From positions 512,001-576,000 of the forward strand of contig CAVQNT010000002.1 of NCBI GenBank assembly GCA_963714275.1: a stretch of 64,000 bases of DNA, given 5' to 3'. The position numbers were made by a program, and so were the translations under genes. Below are positions 10,803 to 22,782 of the stretch, in pieces. The DNA is from Candidatus Bathyarchaeota archaeon. Its GTDB lineage: Archaea; Thermoproteota; Bathyarchaeia; Bathyarchaeales; DTEX01. The notes below the pieces were generated by a model. The model saw only the letters and a program-made list of their open reading frames with translations, ran no database searches and was not told where the DNA came from. Each line of letters begins with the position of its first letter. The stretch's first letter is position 1.

Positions 10803-11117
10803 TTGTCTAGGTGGTACATGAACATGGAGTTTCTGGTTTTAACCTCGCAATACTTGAAACAGCCTGAAAGAGAACGCATCATCGTGCAGGCCGTTATCGA
10901 GTTGGCTGAAGCCGTTGGAATCGAACGGATAGTTATGAGAAGAAGCAACGTTTACTGTACAGGCGTGTATGTCAACAATGGGGACGGGAAGTTTCTGCTT
11001 TACAACGATTGGGAAAAAGATTGGGATCAGAAAAAAATAATTAAAAACATGAGGGCTTCATTACAGTTTTCGCCTGACCATGATAAAAATTGTCAGCTCA
11101 TCCTAACAATTGCGTGA
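10803..11117 (+). CDS. Hypothetical protein
   Basis: 104-aa ORF downstream of a TATA-like element; start may be ATG at 10818 or 10824. Confidence 0.6.
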   Translation: MSRWYMNMEFLVLTSQYLKQPERERIIVQAVIELAEAVGIERIVMRRSNVYCTGVYVNNGDGKFLLYNDWEKDWDQKKIIKNMRASLQFSPDHDKNCQLILTIA

Positions 11118-11263
11118 CAAGTTAAATTTGTTAGTATTTGATTATGTTTTCTTTGGTTTTTCTCGTTATGTTTGTAGCACCATTTTTGGGTTTACCACGA
11201 TAATCTTTATCTTTTGAGGTTAATTAGAACTGTAGAAGAATCACTGTAAATGGGGTCAAAAAA

Positions 11264-13144
11264 TTGAGGATACTACAGCTGCATTCGAACTACATTGAGT
11301 ACCGCCCTGTTGAAAAGGAAATCCCATCAGCTGAAGAATGCGAGCGGAAAACCTATCGACTTGAGGAGCTGGTTGTTCTGTTCATGTGCGTTGAAAAGGG
11401 AGACACGGTTGATTCCGCTTCCAGGGTAGTGGATGGTTTAAAAGAGTATTTGGGAACGGTTAAATGTAACCGAATATTGGTTTACCCCTACGCTCATCTC
11501 AGCAGCGACCTTGCCAAACCTGCGGAGGCACTTAAAATTCTCAATGAGATGGAAAGATACGTAAAAGCTTTTAGGGATTGAAGCTTACCGTGCGCCTTTT
11601 GGCTGGTGCAAAGAGTTCTCGATATCTGTTAAAGGTCACCCGTTGGCTGAGCAGTTCAGAACTGATGTGACGGGAGAGAAGGAAGTCTGAGGTTGTTTCG
11701 AAGGCTTTGGAGGCTGAGCAGAAAATAAAGTCACACTGGTTCATCATGCAATCGGACGGCAAATTGGTTGCGGTTGACGAATTCGACTTTTCTGGTCACG
11801 AGAATCTCAGGAAGTTTGCTGATTACGAGATTTCGAAGGTTAGAACGGTTCAGCAGGTTCCGCCCCACGTTAATCTTATGCGGAGACTTGAGCTTGTCGA
11901 TTATGAACCTGCGACTGACCCAGGAAACTTCAGGTGGTACCCTAAGGGTAGACTGGTCAAGTCACTTATTGAACGGTACGTGACTCAGAAAGTCGTTGAT
12001 TACGGAGGGATGGAGGTTGAGACTCCAATCATGTACGACCTTGAACACCCAAGTCTGGCTAGCTCATCTTCACAGGTTCCCCGCTCGGCAGTACCTCCTC
12101 AAATCTGACGACAAAGAGTTCTTTTTGAGGTTCAGCGCCTGCTTCGGCCAGTTCCTCATGGTTCATGACGCTCAAATTTCGTATCGGCATCTTCCACTTA
12201 AGATCTACGAATTGACAAGGTACAGTTTCAGGAGAGAAAAAAGCGGTGAGCTCGCTGGTCTCCGAAGGCTTAGAGGCTTCACGATGCCCGACGTTCACGC
12301 CCTATGCGGCGACTTAGATCAAGCGAAGCAGGAGTTTGTTAAGCGGTTCAAGATGTGCGTCGACACTCTTCACGGCTTCGACTTGGGTCCTGAAGACTAC
12401 GAATTGGCCATTCGGTTCACACGAGACTTTTACGAACAGAACAAGGGCTTCATCGTTTCTTTAATGAAACTAATTGGTAAACCAACATTGATCGAGATGT
12501 GGGACGAACGGTTCTTCTATTTTGTACTGAAGTATGAGTTAAACTTCGTCGACAACCTCAACAAGGCTTCAGCGCTTTCAACAGACCAGATTGACATCGA
12601 GAACGCTGAAAGATACGGTATAACCTACGTCGACGAGAAAGGCGAGAAAAACCATCCGCTGATTCTTCACTGTTCGCCAAGCGGAGCCATTGAAAGAGAC
12701 CTTTACGCGATGCTGGAAAAGGCTTACATGGAACAACAGAAAGGCAAAGCCCCAACATTACCGCTGTGGCTTTCCCCAACCCAAGTCCGAGTGATCCCCA
12801 TCACGGAACAGTTCTTTAATGAAGCTGAGAAAACCGTTGCTGATCTCGCTGAGCTCGGTATAAGGGCAGACTGGGATGACAGACCTTTAACAATGCAAAA
12901 GAAGGTGAGGGAAGCAGAGATGGAGTGGGTTCCCTACATCGTCGTTATTGGGCAAAAAGAGATTGACTCAGGCGTCTTGGCTGTCAGAGACCGAGGACAA
13001 ACGGAATCTGGAAAGGCTGGGAAAATGAGAAACCTTAAGCTGGACGAGCTGGTTTCTGAAGTAAAAGACCGAACCCGAGGGAAACCCTTTCAACAGTTGC
13101 CTTTGCCTGCTGAGCTGTCGAGAAGACCACGTTTCTACGGTTGA
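11264..13144 (+). CDS. thrS: Threonine--tRNA ligase, archaeal type with N-terminal editing domain (two apparent frameshifts)
   Basis: [62 protein letters not shown]; breaks at ~11575 and ~12062 adjacent to AGCT. Confidence 0.95.
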
Positions 13145-13211
13145 TTCTGCTGATTCTCAAGGTTCATAGACAAATATATATGCAGTATTATGTTCATTGA
13201 ATTTAGGTTAG

Positions 13212-14125
13212 ATGCGAGGTGCATGTGACTTGACCCAGAAAGAGCTCCTTGTTTACATAGATGGCAAGTATTACCCAAGGTCTGGGGCTAAAGTTTCCGT
13301 TTTTGACCACGCTTTACTTTACGGAGATGGCGTCTTCGAAGGTATAAAATCGTACAATGGTGTTGTTTTTAGGCTCAAAGAACACTTGGATCGGATTTAC
13401 TTTTCTGCAAAAGCAATTATGCTCGAGATACCATTATCCAAGGAAGAAATGGCGAAAGCAGTTTTGGAAACCCTCAGAAAAAACAATCTTGAGGACGCCT
13501 ATGTTCGTCTTGTTGTGACAAGAGGGTTGGGGGACCTTGGGCTTGACCCGAGGAAGTGTCCAAAGTCCACGGTTATTATCATTGCTGTTCCATTGCTGCA
13601 GCTTTACGACGAGGAGAAACGGAGGAAAGGCATAAGCATGGTCGTTGCGTCGGTTAGAAGGGACCCTGTAGACGCGACGACTCACGAAATTAAGTCGTTA
13701 AACTATCTTAACAGCATCCTCGCGAAGATCGAAGCCAACAACGTAGGTGCAGACGAAGCAGTAATCTTGGACACACACGGTTTAGTCAGCGAAGCAACAG
13801 CTGAAAACATTTTCATCGTCAAAGACAACGAAGTCATGACTCCACAGTCAGCCAGCGGACGACTGGTCGGTATCACAGCAGGCGTAGTAAAAAGCATGAG
13901 CTGAAAAACTTGGCTACGCAGTGGTTGAAAAAGGAATCACTGTGGCTGAGCTATACGCAGCTGACGAAGCGTTCCTCACAGGCACAGCAGACTGAACTAA
14001 TGCCAATCAGAGAAGTTAACAAACGGCAGATAGGCGAAGGAAAAATGGGTCCTGTAACTGAAAGGCTGCTCAAGGAATTCGGCGCCTTCGTGAAAGATTC
14101 TAAACATGGAACTCCAATCTGGTAG
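13212..14125 (+). CDS. ilvE: Branched-chain amino acid aminotransferase (apparent frameshifts at ~13900 and ~13990)
   Basis: YGDGVFEG, YVRLVVTRG, KSLNYL, EATAENIF, GIT; TGTAAE restored by removing the A in AG(A)CT. Confidence 0.92.
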
Positions 14126-14132
14126 GTGCTGA

Positions 14133-15133
14133 ATGGTGCGGGTTTTACTCCTGACCGGGAAGGAGATTGAACCCCTATTTTCTATGCCTGAAGTTATGGA
14201 GGCTGTTGAGTCAGCTTTCAAGGAGAAGGGGTTAGGTTTCGTTCAGATGCCTCCGAAGATTTATCTTTCATACACGAATTACAATGGCGACTTGCGGGCT
14301 ATGCCTTCCTATCTTGAAAGACTCGGCATGTCTGCTGTGAAGGTTGTTAACGCGCATCCTGACAACCAAGCTAAATTCGGCTTGCCCACGGTTATGGCAA
14401 CCATTATTTTAGTTGATCCTAGAAACGGGGCTCCTCTCGCCATCATGAACGGTACACACATCACAGCAATGCGGACAGGCGCAGGCTGGAGGTTTAGCAG
14501 CCACATATCTGGCGCGTCGAGACTCGAAGGTTGTTGGGCTTGTCGGTGCTGGAACTCAAGCTCGGACGCAGCTGGAAGCTTTGCTGGTTGTTTATGAGAA
14601 GCTTGATTTGGTTAAGGTTTGGAGCCGTACAAGGGAGTCTCGGGAAAAGTTTGTATCTGAGATGAAGGCTGCATACGAGGATTTGGCTGATGTTGTTTCT
14701 GTAGATAGAACTGAGGACGCCGCGCGGGATGTGGACGTTCTTGTTACAACTACGCCTTCAAGGACACCTATTGTCATGAACAAGTGGGTTACAGAAGGCA
14801 CACACATTACATGCATAGGCGCTGACGCTCCGGGAAAGGAGGAACTTGAACCAGCCATTTTGAAACATGCAAAAATCGTCGTGGACGATTGGGAGCAGGC
14901 TTCGCATTCGGGAGAAATCAACGTTCCCTTAACCCAAGGCGTTATCTCAAGAAACGACGTTTGGGGCGACATTTGCGAGATACGCTGCTGGACTAAAACC
15001 TGGAAGGACGTCTGAAAGCGAGGTCACGGTGTTCACGTCGACGGGTTTAGCGGTCCAAGACGCTGTTACTGCGAAACTTGCGTATGACAGGGCGGTCTCA
15101 AAGAGAAAGGGACGTTGGGTTGAGCTGTTTTAG
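14133..15133 (+). CDS. ala: Archaeal alanine dehydrogenase (ornithine cyclodeaminase / mu-crystallin family), apparent frameshifts
   Basis: GDLRAMPSY, KVVNAHP, RTGA, GAGTQA, IGADAPGKEE, STGLAVQD. Confidence 0.9.
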
Positions 15134-15433
15134 TCATTGCATTTTCGGATTAACGTTTTTCTTTCCAGGCACTGACGAAATTTCTGAAAAATATTATACG
15201 TTCATTGAACATAGTTGTTTCTGAACGATGACATGATCGAAGTACTTGACTCAGTTAAGAATGATTGCATGACGAGTATCCGAGTCCATATAGAGATAAG
15301 CAGTCGCATGAAGATTCTTAATGCAGTAGGAAAATCTTTTATGGCTCAATTCTCGGAAGATGTGGGGAATTTTAGTAATTTTTTTTTGATTACTGACTTC
15401 AACATTTATGTTTAATAAGCAAGAAGCAGCCTA

Positions 15434-17174
15434 TTGAATTTTGGCTATTCATGCATGAGGGATTGCATGTCGGTTCTCAAATACTCAGAAATGCGGAACT
15501 GGGACATCATTGTCGACTCCGAAGCAATTCCATCCGAAAAGTATGCAGCGCAAGAATTCCAGCATTTTTTTGAACAAGCCACAGACATTCTTCTTCCTGT
15601 GCATAATTCTAACGAAAAAGCTTCTAACCATGTCTACATTGGTAAGAGCGCTGCGTTGAGTGAAAGCGGCATCACGGTTGACGCTTCTAAGTTAGGCGAA
15701 GAAGGTTTACACATAATCATAAAAGATGATGTTTTAGTCATTGTTGGGGGAAGACCCAGAGGCACGCTTTACGGGGTATACCAGTTCATCGAAGACGAGC
15801 TGGAGTTCGGTTTCTGACCCATGACCACACGCATGTTCCCGATTCTTCTAAGGCAAAGTTACATTGCAGAGAATACGTCTACAAGCCTCCGTTCAGTTTC
15901 CGTTGGAGCTATTACGCGGAAAACTCGAAACATCCCGAATTCGCAGTGAGACTACGTGTAAACACGGTCACAACTGACGAGAAGCTGGGAGGTAAAACAG
16001 GTCAGAACCTCATCAGCCACTCGTTTCACAAGCTGGTCCCATTCAGCAAGTACGGAAAGGACCATCCGGAGTATTACGCCTTGGTTGACGGCAAACGGGA
16101 CACGAACACGGCTTGGAGCGGTCCACAGCTGTGCGTGACGAACCCCGAGGTAGTCAAGGTTGTAGCTGAAGCTGCAATCCGTTTTTTGGATGAACACCAA
16201 TTTAGTAACATTAGCGTCAGTCAGGCGGACACGGACAAGTACTGCTGTTGCGACAGGTGCCAAGAAATCAACATGTGCGAAGACACGCCTATGGGGTCTC
16301 AGCTGAGCTTTCGTTAACGCTGTTGCTGAGCTGGTCGAAAAGGCGCATCCGAACGTTAAAGTCGGAACGTTGTCTTACTGGTACACTCGGAAGCCGCCCA
16401 AGACCGTTCGACCGCGACGCAATGTTCAGATTCAGCTCTGCAGCATTGAGTGTTGCACTTTGCATCCGATTGATGACCCAGACTGTCCGAGGAACACCGA
16501 GTTCTGTCACGACGTGAACGAGTGGGGCAAGATTTGCGACGACATTTGGATTTGGAACTACAACACCAATTTCACCGCTTACGACCTGCCCTTCCCGAAT
16601 CTGCGAAGCATCGGTCCGAACGTGCGCTATTTCCTACGCAACAAGGGGAAAGGCGTGTTCATGCAAGCAAACGGGAACGGAACCTCAGGCGAACTTTCTG
16701 ACCTACGGAACTACGTTATTTCGCGGTTGCTGTGGAATCCCGATCTTGACGACCAAAAACTAATTGAAGAGTTTGTGCAGTCTGCATTACAAGTCTGCTG
16801 CTCAGCCGATTTTGGATTACATCGAAATGTTGCATGACAACGCTGAGGAGTCAGGCGTGCATCCAAACTGTTTCCCCAAGCCTGAGGAGGTTGGGCTTCG
16901 CCCCGAAATAGCCCGCAAAGCCCTCGATTTCTTTAACAGGGCATTGGAGCTTGCACACGATGAAGCCTGTCTATGCGAGGGTGGAGAAGGCTTCCATTTG
17001 CGCCTACAGAGCCATGATTGAGGCAGGAGGCGCCTTGACTGAGGTTGAGTTAAGTCTCTCGTTGACCATTACATTGCGTTGTGCCAGCGTTACGACATGA
17101 CGTATGCTGCGGAACACAAAGAAGCTTCCCAGTTCTTCGAAAAGCTCAAGCAGCGGGTAAAGGACGCTTCGTGA
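15434..17174 (+). CDS. DUF4838-family glycoside-hydrolase-like protein (about four apparent frameshifts)
   Basis: GH67/hexosaminidase-like N-domain (GGRPRGTLYGVY), HPEYYAL..G.R, QLCVTNPEV, CCCDRC, LLWNP. Confidence 0.75.
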
Positions 17175-17303
17175 CTTTTCAGAAAAGTGAGTTAGCCTAA
17201 TTTTACATAACTTGGCACTAAACTCTCCAACATTCTTCGTTAATGGTTAAGTATGTTTTTAGGCTTCATGGTTTTTACCATGATTATTTTCGGAGTTCAA
17301 TAA

Positions 17304-17637
17304 TGGCTGGTGTGCTGGCTGTAACCCGTCTTTTGTTTTAGGCAGCATTCGACTTTGCGGGCTACCTGCGTCTCGCACAGGCATTCATTGACGCTTGTTT
17401 GCCCTTCCACCCCGCAGGACAGCCGTTTCACCGTTTCCGCCTAGCCTACTCGGCGACTATGAGGCGCCTCATCGTCACGGGCTGAGCGGACGTTCCGTTT
17501 CTGTTCTGGAGCCAAGGCTCTCGCCCCACGCCTTGCAGCGTTGCGGACTGTGCGGTGGACGGAGTTTCCTCAAACACTTCCTTCCCCCATGACGAGGTAA
17601 GGGTGTGTCCGTGAGCCACCCACCAGCTCACCAGCCA
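17304..17637 (-). ncRNA. rnpB: RNase P RNA (archaeal type A)
   Basis: Minus strand has CR-I GAGGAAACUCC, ACAGAAAC, GUGAAAC and CR-V AACAAAAGACGGGUUA; ends pair (UGGCUGGUG...CACCAGCCA). Confidence 0.95.
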
Positions 17638-17691
17638 AAAATAGACTTTATTTGACTTGTTGGATAAGGATTACGCTTTCCATAAAACATC

Positions 17692-19926
17692 CTAAGACGA
17701 TTTAGGTCTGTACCGGGCTGGCTGTCGACTGAACCGAGTAACGCCGTTGACGGAACCGCACTGGGGACACTTCGCCTGTTCGCCGAGGAACGTTTTCTGG
17801 CAACTGCTGCAGAACGTTAGGGTTCGGTCAAAAGCGTACAATCCAATCTTGTGGTCCTGAAAGATTCTTCGGGTCGTCGAAGAAGCTTTTCAGCGTCTAC
17901 ATCTGTCTCGTCAAGCGGAATCTTGGCTAGGTGGCTTCCGGGAGCCAAAGCCTCAAAACGGGATTCGATGCGGAGGCAATCGTCCAAAGGCAACTTGGTT
18001 TCTGAAGGAACAACCATCATGCTCGTGTAGTAAGGATGGTCTCGTCCGCCAGCCACGTGAACCTCGCCTAAACCGTACCTCTCGACGTCCAACTCCGCCA
18101 CCCTCCTCGCAGCGTCAAAGTCAGGCGTCAAACCCACGGCAAACCTCAACTTCCTGTTCCTAGAGTACGCCTTTTGCTGTTTTGTAACGTAAGTAACAAT
18201 TTCCTCAGCGAACCTCAAGGCTTCTTCGCCCTCGTAAACGTTTTTTCCAATCAAGGCGTAGAGAGCTTCGTTCAACCCGACGAAGCCAAGCATGTAAGAA
18301 GAGTTTTCAAGCCTGAGATAGGAGTCTTTAGCCTCCTTTTGCGCAAGAAAAGGTAGAAGCCCCTCCTGTGCACGCCTCGAAACCGCGCGGCTTTTGATGT
18401 CTAAGGCTCTGGAACCCATTTCTGTAAGGTCAGCTAGATACCTGAAAAACCTGTCCTTATCTTTTTCAGCCTCGTACACTGCCCTTGGAAGGTTCAACGT
18501 CGCACGGTCAACGCACGCGGTTCGTATGGTGTCGAGCTCCCAATCCTCCCTCCAATCGTCCGAAAACCGTAAGCCATCCGCAGCGTACGAAACTTTCTGC
18601 CCATTGGAAGCAAGATTGGCGAAGTAAGGAAGCCCGTTCACGGAAAGCCCGTGAGCCTCGAATAGCAACCTCTCGGCTTCTGAGTCCCCAAAGGTTTCAG
18701 GACGCATCTTCACGATGATGCTGGGACAAAAAATCGGCTTGACATTTCCCATCTCCTTCAAACAGTCCAAAACCAGTGACGCGATAAGACGGCTCTCGTC
18801 AACGAAATCCGCATAAACACCCGCAGCTTCCCCGCCTGGACCAACAGCCTCAACGTTTGCGAGGAACTTGGGCAAGACAGTTTCCAGCCCCAACGAGATT
18901 CCCGTCGGAACCGTCACATTCACGGAGCCGAGGAAAAGCCGCAGGTCCTCCTTAACCTCCTCCTTCGAAAGACCTTTGACAAACGGAGCCAAAAAAAAGT
19001 TGAAATAGTCAACCGCCTGCTCGCATGTAATCTCAGCTGAGGCAATCTGCAGCATGTCAGCAACCAACGAAAGCGCTGATCTCAAGTTCTTGGGCGGTCC
19101 CAAAGAGGCACGTGAAACACTGTTTTTAGGAGCCAAACCGTTTTTCAGGAAAACTCTGAGGTCGTGCATGAATCCTGAGGTCTTGAGAATCCACGAGCCG
19201 AGTTCGTTGAGGTTCAGCGAGCCAGAAATGTGGGCGTCCGCTATGTCCCTCGGCAGGACGTTCAGAAGAGTGTATTCCTCGACGACGCGGCTTCCTGCTG
19301 CAGCGCGGACCTTTTCGACGTCAGACTCCCTTCACGCTCATTTCCCTCATGAGCAACGTAACGTCGTACACTGGGAAGCCGAGACGGGTGAGCTTATGCC
19401 TGTACTCTTCATAACCGTGTTCAACAAGAATCGCGTTCACAAACTCCCTGATCAACGGAGCCGTCAAGTACTTCGTGCCGAGCTTAAGCAACCGCTTCTC
19501 AGCTTCCCTCGAAACCTTCTGAGCCATCTCCGCTGGAACGTCTGCTTCCCTCACGAGCGACTCAGCGATCTTGTTTCGGTCAAAGTTCTCTATTGCCAGC
19601 CGCGAGGTTCGGACAAGCAGCCTCTTCTTGAGGGCGCTGTTATCAAGTTCGTCAGCAAACTCAACAAGCGTCTTACCCATGTCCGTCAAAACGTACTTCC
19701 TTGATTCAGGATCAGGTTCAATCAGGTCCATGCCTGTAAGGGTTTTAAGGTGGTAAGCGAACCTTCCGGCGTCACGGCTTGGGCTTAGCTTAAGAATGTT
19801 CATGATCTCCGTGTAGGATAGGGGTCCCTTTTCGTAGAGCAGCCTAAGAATGTTGAGCCTTAAGGCTGAGGCGACTGCCTTGAGTACCCTTGCCCCTAAC
19901 CTTCTTCTTCGAGCCAAGCCTTCCAC
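17692..19926 (-). CDS. ArsR-type wHTH + ATP-cone + catalytically degenerate class III RNR (NrdD-like) fusion, ~744 aa after repairing two single-base indels
   Basis: ORF 19321..19926 (HTH, VRTS..E.FD..KI ATP-cone, TRLG.PVYD) joins ORF 17817..19169 (HDL, TLNLPR, GFVGLNE) and a C-terminal CSSC/CPQC Zn ribbon; breaks at AG(A)CT 19323-19327 and AGCT 17884-17887. Confidence 0.88.
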
Positions 19927-20130
19927 AGCGACCTTTCAAACGTTTCGACTCAAACATCGTCTGTTTGGCGACTTACCAAGTTCATCGATTAAAGCCTAAA
20001 CGGTTTACTATAATAATTTCGAGTATGCCGTTAAAAGATTTTGGTAACAATTAAGGGTTCCTTTAAACTGCAAGCAATTTCTGACGAAGAACTGAAAAGA
20101 TATTTATATCCATCCAATAATTTTAGACCC

Positions 20131-20958
20131 ATGCACCCTCAACCAACGGTCAAAGAACTTGAAGAAAAAGCAGCTGAAATCAGGAGAGGTATTCTCGAAA
20201 TCATGGCAGGCGGAAAAAGGGGGCACCTCGGAGGCTCAATGTCAATCGCAGACATCGTAGCGGCACTGTATTTTCACCAGATGAAGGTTGACCCAAAAAA
20301 CCCCAGCTGGACGGACAGGGACCGCTTCGTGCTCAGCAAGGGCCACAGTGTCCTCGCACAGTACGTTGCCCTCGCCGAACTCGGATTCTTCCCAAAAGAA
20401 GAGCTGAAAAAAGTCAAGAGTCTCGGAAGCATCCTTCAGGGGCACCCGGACCACCTTAAGACGCCTGGAATTGAAGCTTCAACAGGGTCGCTGGGGCAAG
20501 GGCTTTCAATTGCCTGCGGCATGGCGTTGGGAGCCAGAATCGCCAAAAGGAAATACCGTGTCTACGCTGTTGTCGGCGACGGTGAAAGCACGGAAGGAAT
20601 GATTTGGGAAGCAGCCATCTTCGCCGCCCACTATGGGCTTGACAATCTGACGGGCATCACGGACCAGAACAGGCTTATGGCTTCGGGCACCACAATCGTG
20701 GGTTCGCTGGCTCCAAAGTGGCGTGCCTTTGGCTGGGAAGTTACTGAAATAAACGGGCACAACATGGCTGAAATTTTGGACGCGTTGGATTGGGCAGCAA
20801 CGGTTAGGAATCGCCCCACCATGATAGTGTGCAACACGGTTAAGGGTCGAGGCATCTCCTTCGTCGAAAACAACGCTGATTACCATCATTGCGCGTTGAC
20901 CGCTGAACAGTACGAAAAAGCTTGGAACGAGCTGACCCAAAAGGGAGGCGTGCGTTAA
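20131..20958 (+). CDS. Transketolase, N-terminal (TPP-binding) subunit
   Basis: GHLGGSMS, DRFVLSKGH, STGSLGQG, GDGE; likely start ATG 20131. Confidence 0.93.
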   Translation: MHPQPTVKELEEKAAEIRRGILEIMAGGKRGHLGGSMSIADIVAALYFHQMKVDPKNPSWTDRDRFVLSKGHSVLAQYVALAELGFFPKEELKKVKSLGSILQGHPDHLKTPGIEASTGSLGQGLSIACGMALGARIAKRKYRVYAVVGDGESTEGMIWEAAIFAAHYGLDNLTGITDQNRLMASGTTIVGSLAPKWRAFGWEVTEINGHNMAEILDALDWAATVRNRPTMIVCNTVKGRGISFVENNADYHHCALTAEQYEKAWNELTQKGGVR

Positions 20959-21909
20959 GTGCAGAAAATGATGGACATGCGGGACGCTTACGGAGAAACG
21001 CTTGCGGAAATCGGCGTGGACCCGCGTGTGGTAGTTCTTGACGCTGACCTGTCGCATTCGAACAAGTCAGACATCTTCGGAACGAAGTATCCTGAAAGGT
21101 TTTTTGAGGCTGGAATCGCCGAGGCAAACATGGTCGGGGTTGCAGCTGGGCTTTCTCTCGCCGGGTTCATTCCTTTCATTCACACTTTCTCGGTTTTTGC
21201 TGTTGGGCGAGTCTATGACCAAATACGAGTCTCGATTTGCTACCAAAACGCCAATGTCAAAGTTGTCGGCACAAGCGCGGGATTATCTGACGCCCACGAT
21301 GGCGCGACGCATCAGTCCATAGACGACGTGACGTTGACGAGGGTTCTCCCAAACATGACCGTGGTTGTGCCCTGCGACTGCGTAGAGGTCCGCAAAGCCA
21401 CAAAGGCAGTTTACGAGCATTCTGGTCCAGTTTACCTTAGGATTGACCGTATGCCCGTTCCGTTCGTTTACGAATCAATAGAAAACTGCGAATTTAAGCT
21501 GGGGAAAGCCAACGTCCTAAAAGAAGGCTCCGACGTCACCATTATCGCCTCTGGATACCCCGTTGCATTAGCCGTGAAAGCTGCTGACCAAGCCCAGAAA
21601 GAAGGTATAAACGCTGATGTTCTTGATGTGCACACGGTTAAACCTTTAGACCAAAAAGCAATCATCAAGTCTGCCAAGAAAACGGGGGCTGTCGTGACGG
21701 TTGAGGAACACAGCGTGATCGGTGCCTTGGGAGGAGCCGTCACCGAGGTTCTTGGGGAAAGGTTTCCTGTTCCAATAAAACGGATTGGAGTCAAAGACAG
21801 GTTTGGCGAGTCAGCTCTGGACTGGAATGAACTCATGAGTGCCCATGGAATCACGGTTGAAGCCATTGTTGATGCATCTAGGGATATTTTAAAGAGAAAA
21901 AAGGTCTAG
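20959..21909 (+). CDS. Transketolase, C-terminal subunit
   Basis: GIAEANMVG, DGATHQ, GPVYLR, VTVEEH; abuts the N-terminal subunit gene. Confidence 0.93.
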   Translation: MQKMMDMRDAYGETLAEIGVDPRVVVLDADLSHSNKSDIFGTKYPERFFEAGIAEANMVGVAAGLSLAGFIPFIHTFSVFAVGRVYDQIRVSICYQNANVKVVGTSAGLSDAHDGATHQSIDDVTLTRVLPNMTVVVPCDCVEVRKATKAVYEHSGPVYLRIDRMPVPFVYESIENCEFKLGKANVLKEGSDVTIIASGYPVALAVKAADQAQKEGINADVLDVHTVKPLDQKAIIKSAKKTGAVVTVEEHSVIGALGGAVTEVLGERFPVPIKRIGVKDRFGESALDWNELMSAHGITVEAIVDASRDILKRKKV

Positions 21910-21915
21910 TCCCTT

Positions 21916-22737
21916 TTAGAAGAGAGCATAGCCGCCACAAACTGAGATGCATTGCCCAGTGACGTAATCCGAGAGGTCTGTGACGAGAAACTCGACCACT
22001 TTCGCCACGTCTTCAGGTGTTCCAAGGCGACCCAGCGGGATTTGGGCTTTAATCTTTTTTGCTTCTTCTCCCCGTCTGCCCTCAGCGACCGCTCTTGAGG
22101 TGACAATCCACGCGGGTGCTACACAGTTAACGTTTATGTTGTATGGTCCAAGTTCAGCTGCGAGGCAACGCGTGTAATGGATTACTGCTGCTTTCGCAAC
22201 GTTGTACGACATTGCCTTCGCCATTTCGGGAGCCACGTGCAAGCCTGCTTGGGAAGCTACATTCACGATTTTTCCGTGTCTCTGCTTCTTCATTGGAATG
22301 CTAGCAGCTTGGCAGCACAGGATTGTGCTGGTGAGGTTCACGTCCATAATAAACTGGTGGTCCTCCATATTTGCTGAAGACGGGTAAGTATTTGGTGGTC
22401 CAGCCTCTGCGCCTAAGCGGTTAAGGTTTCCGCCAGCGTTGTTTACTATGATGTCGATGCATCCGAACTCGTCAATTGTTTTCTTGAACATGGCGTCGAC
22501 TTGGTTCTTGTTGGCTATGTCGGCTTGGATGCCTATGGATTTTCTGCCCATGTTCCTTATTTCGTCCATCACGGTCTGTGCAGTGAGCTTTTCGCCATAA
22601 TCTTTTGCTGAGCCTAAATTAATGTCGTTCACGACGACATTTGCCCCAATCTTTGCCAAGTGGAGGGCGTAAGCTCTGCCTAAACCTCTCCCTGCGCCTG
22701 TAACCAGAGCCACTTTTCCTGCAAGCTTTAACGACAC
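21916..22737 (-). CDS. Short-chain dehydrogenase/reductase (FabG-like)
   Basis: TGAGRGLG, NNAG, YNVAK. Confidence 0.92.
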   Translation of the reverse strand: MSLKLAGKVALVTGAGRGLGRAYALHLAKIGANVVVNDINLGSAKDYGEKLTAQTVMDEIRNMGRKSIGIQADIANKNQVDAMFKKTIDEFGCIDIIVNNAGGNLNRLGAEAGPPNTYPSSANMEDHQFIMDVNLTSTILCCQAASIPMKKQRHGKIVNVASQAGLHVAPEMAKAMSYNVAKAAVIHYTRCLAAELGPYNINVNCVAPAWIVTSRAVAEGRRGEEAKKIKAQIPLGRLGTPEDVAKVVEFLVTDLSDYVTGQCISVCGGYALF

Positions 22738-22782
22738 AGCTAAACCTCCGAATCATAAATGGCTTAACAACGATTTAAAATT

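Noticed and set aside
11264-15133. Pseudogenisation or programmed frameshifting of thrS, ilvE and ala
   Set aside because: Conserved genes with intact motifs on both sides of each break; breaks coincide with AGCT, indicating sequencing artefact.
17395-17631. Short ORFs 17395..17592 and 17446..17631
   Set aside because: They lie within the RNase P RNA gene.
19054-19704. 216-aa plus-strand ORF (likewise 34728..35504, 61776..62405, 23465..23998 and 20506..21057)
   Set aside because: Antisense shadows of well-supported genes, with no motifs.
17692-19926. Calling this a functional anaerobic ribonucleotide reductase (nrdD)
   Set aside because: Glycyl-radical Gly and both active-site Cys positions are substituted, and no activase is nearby.
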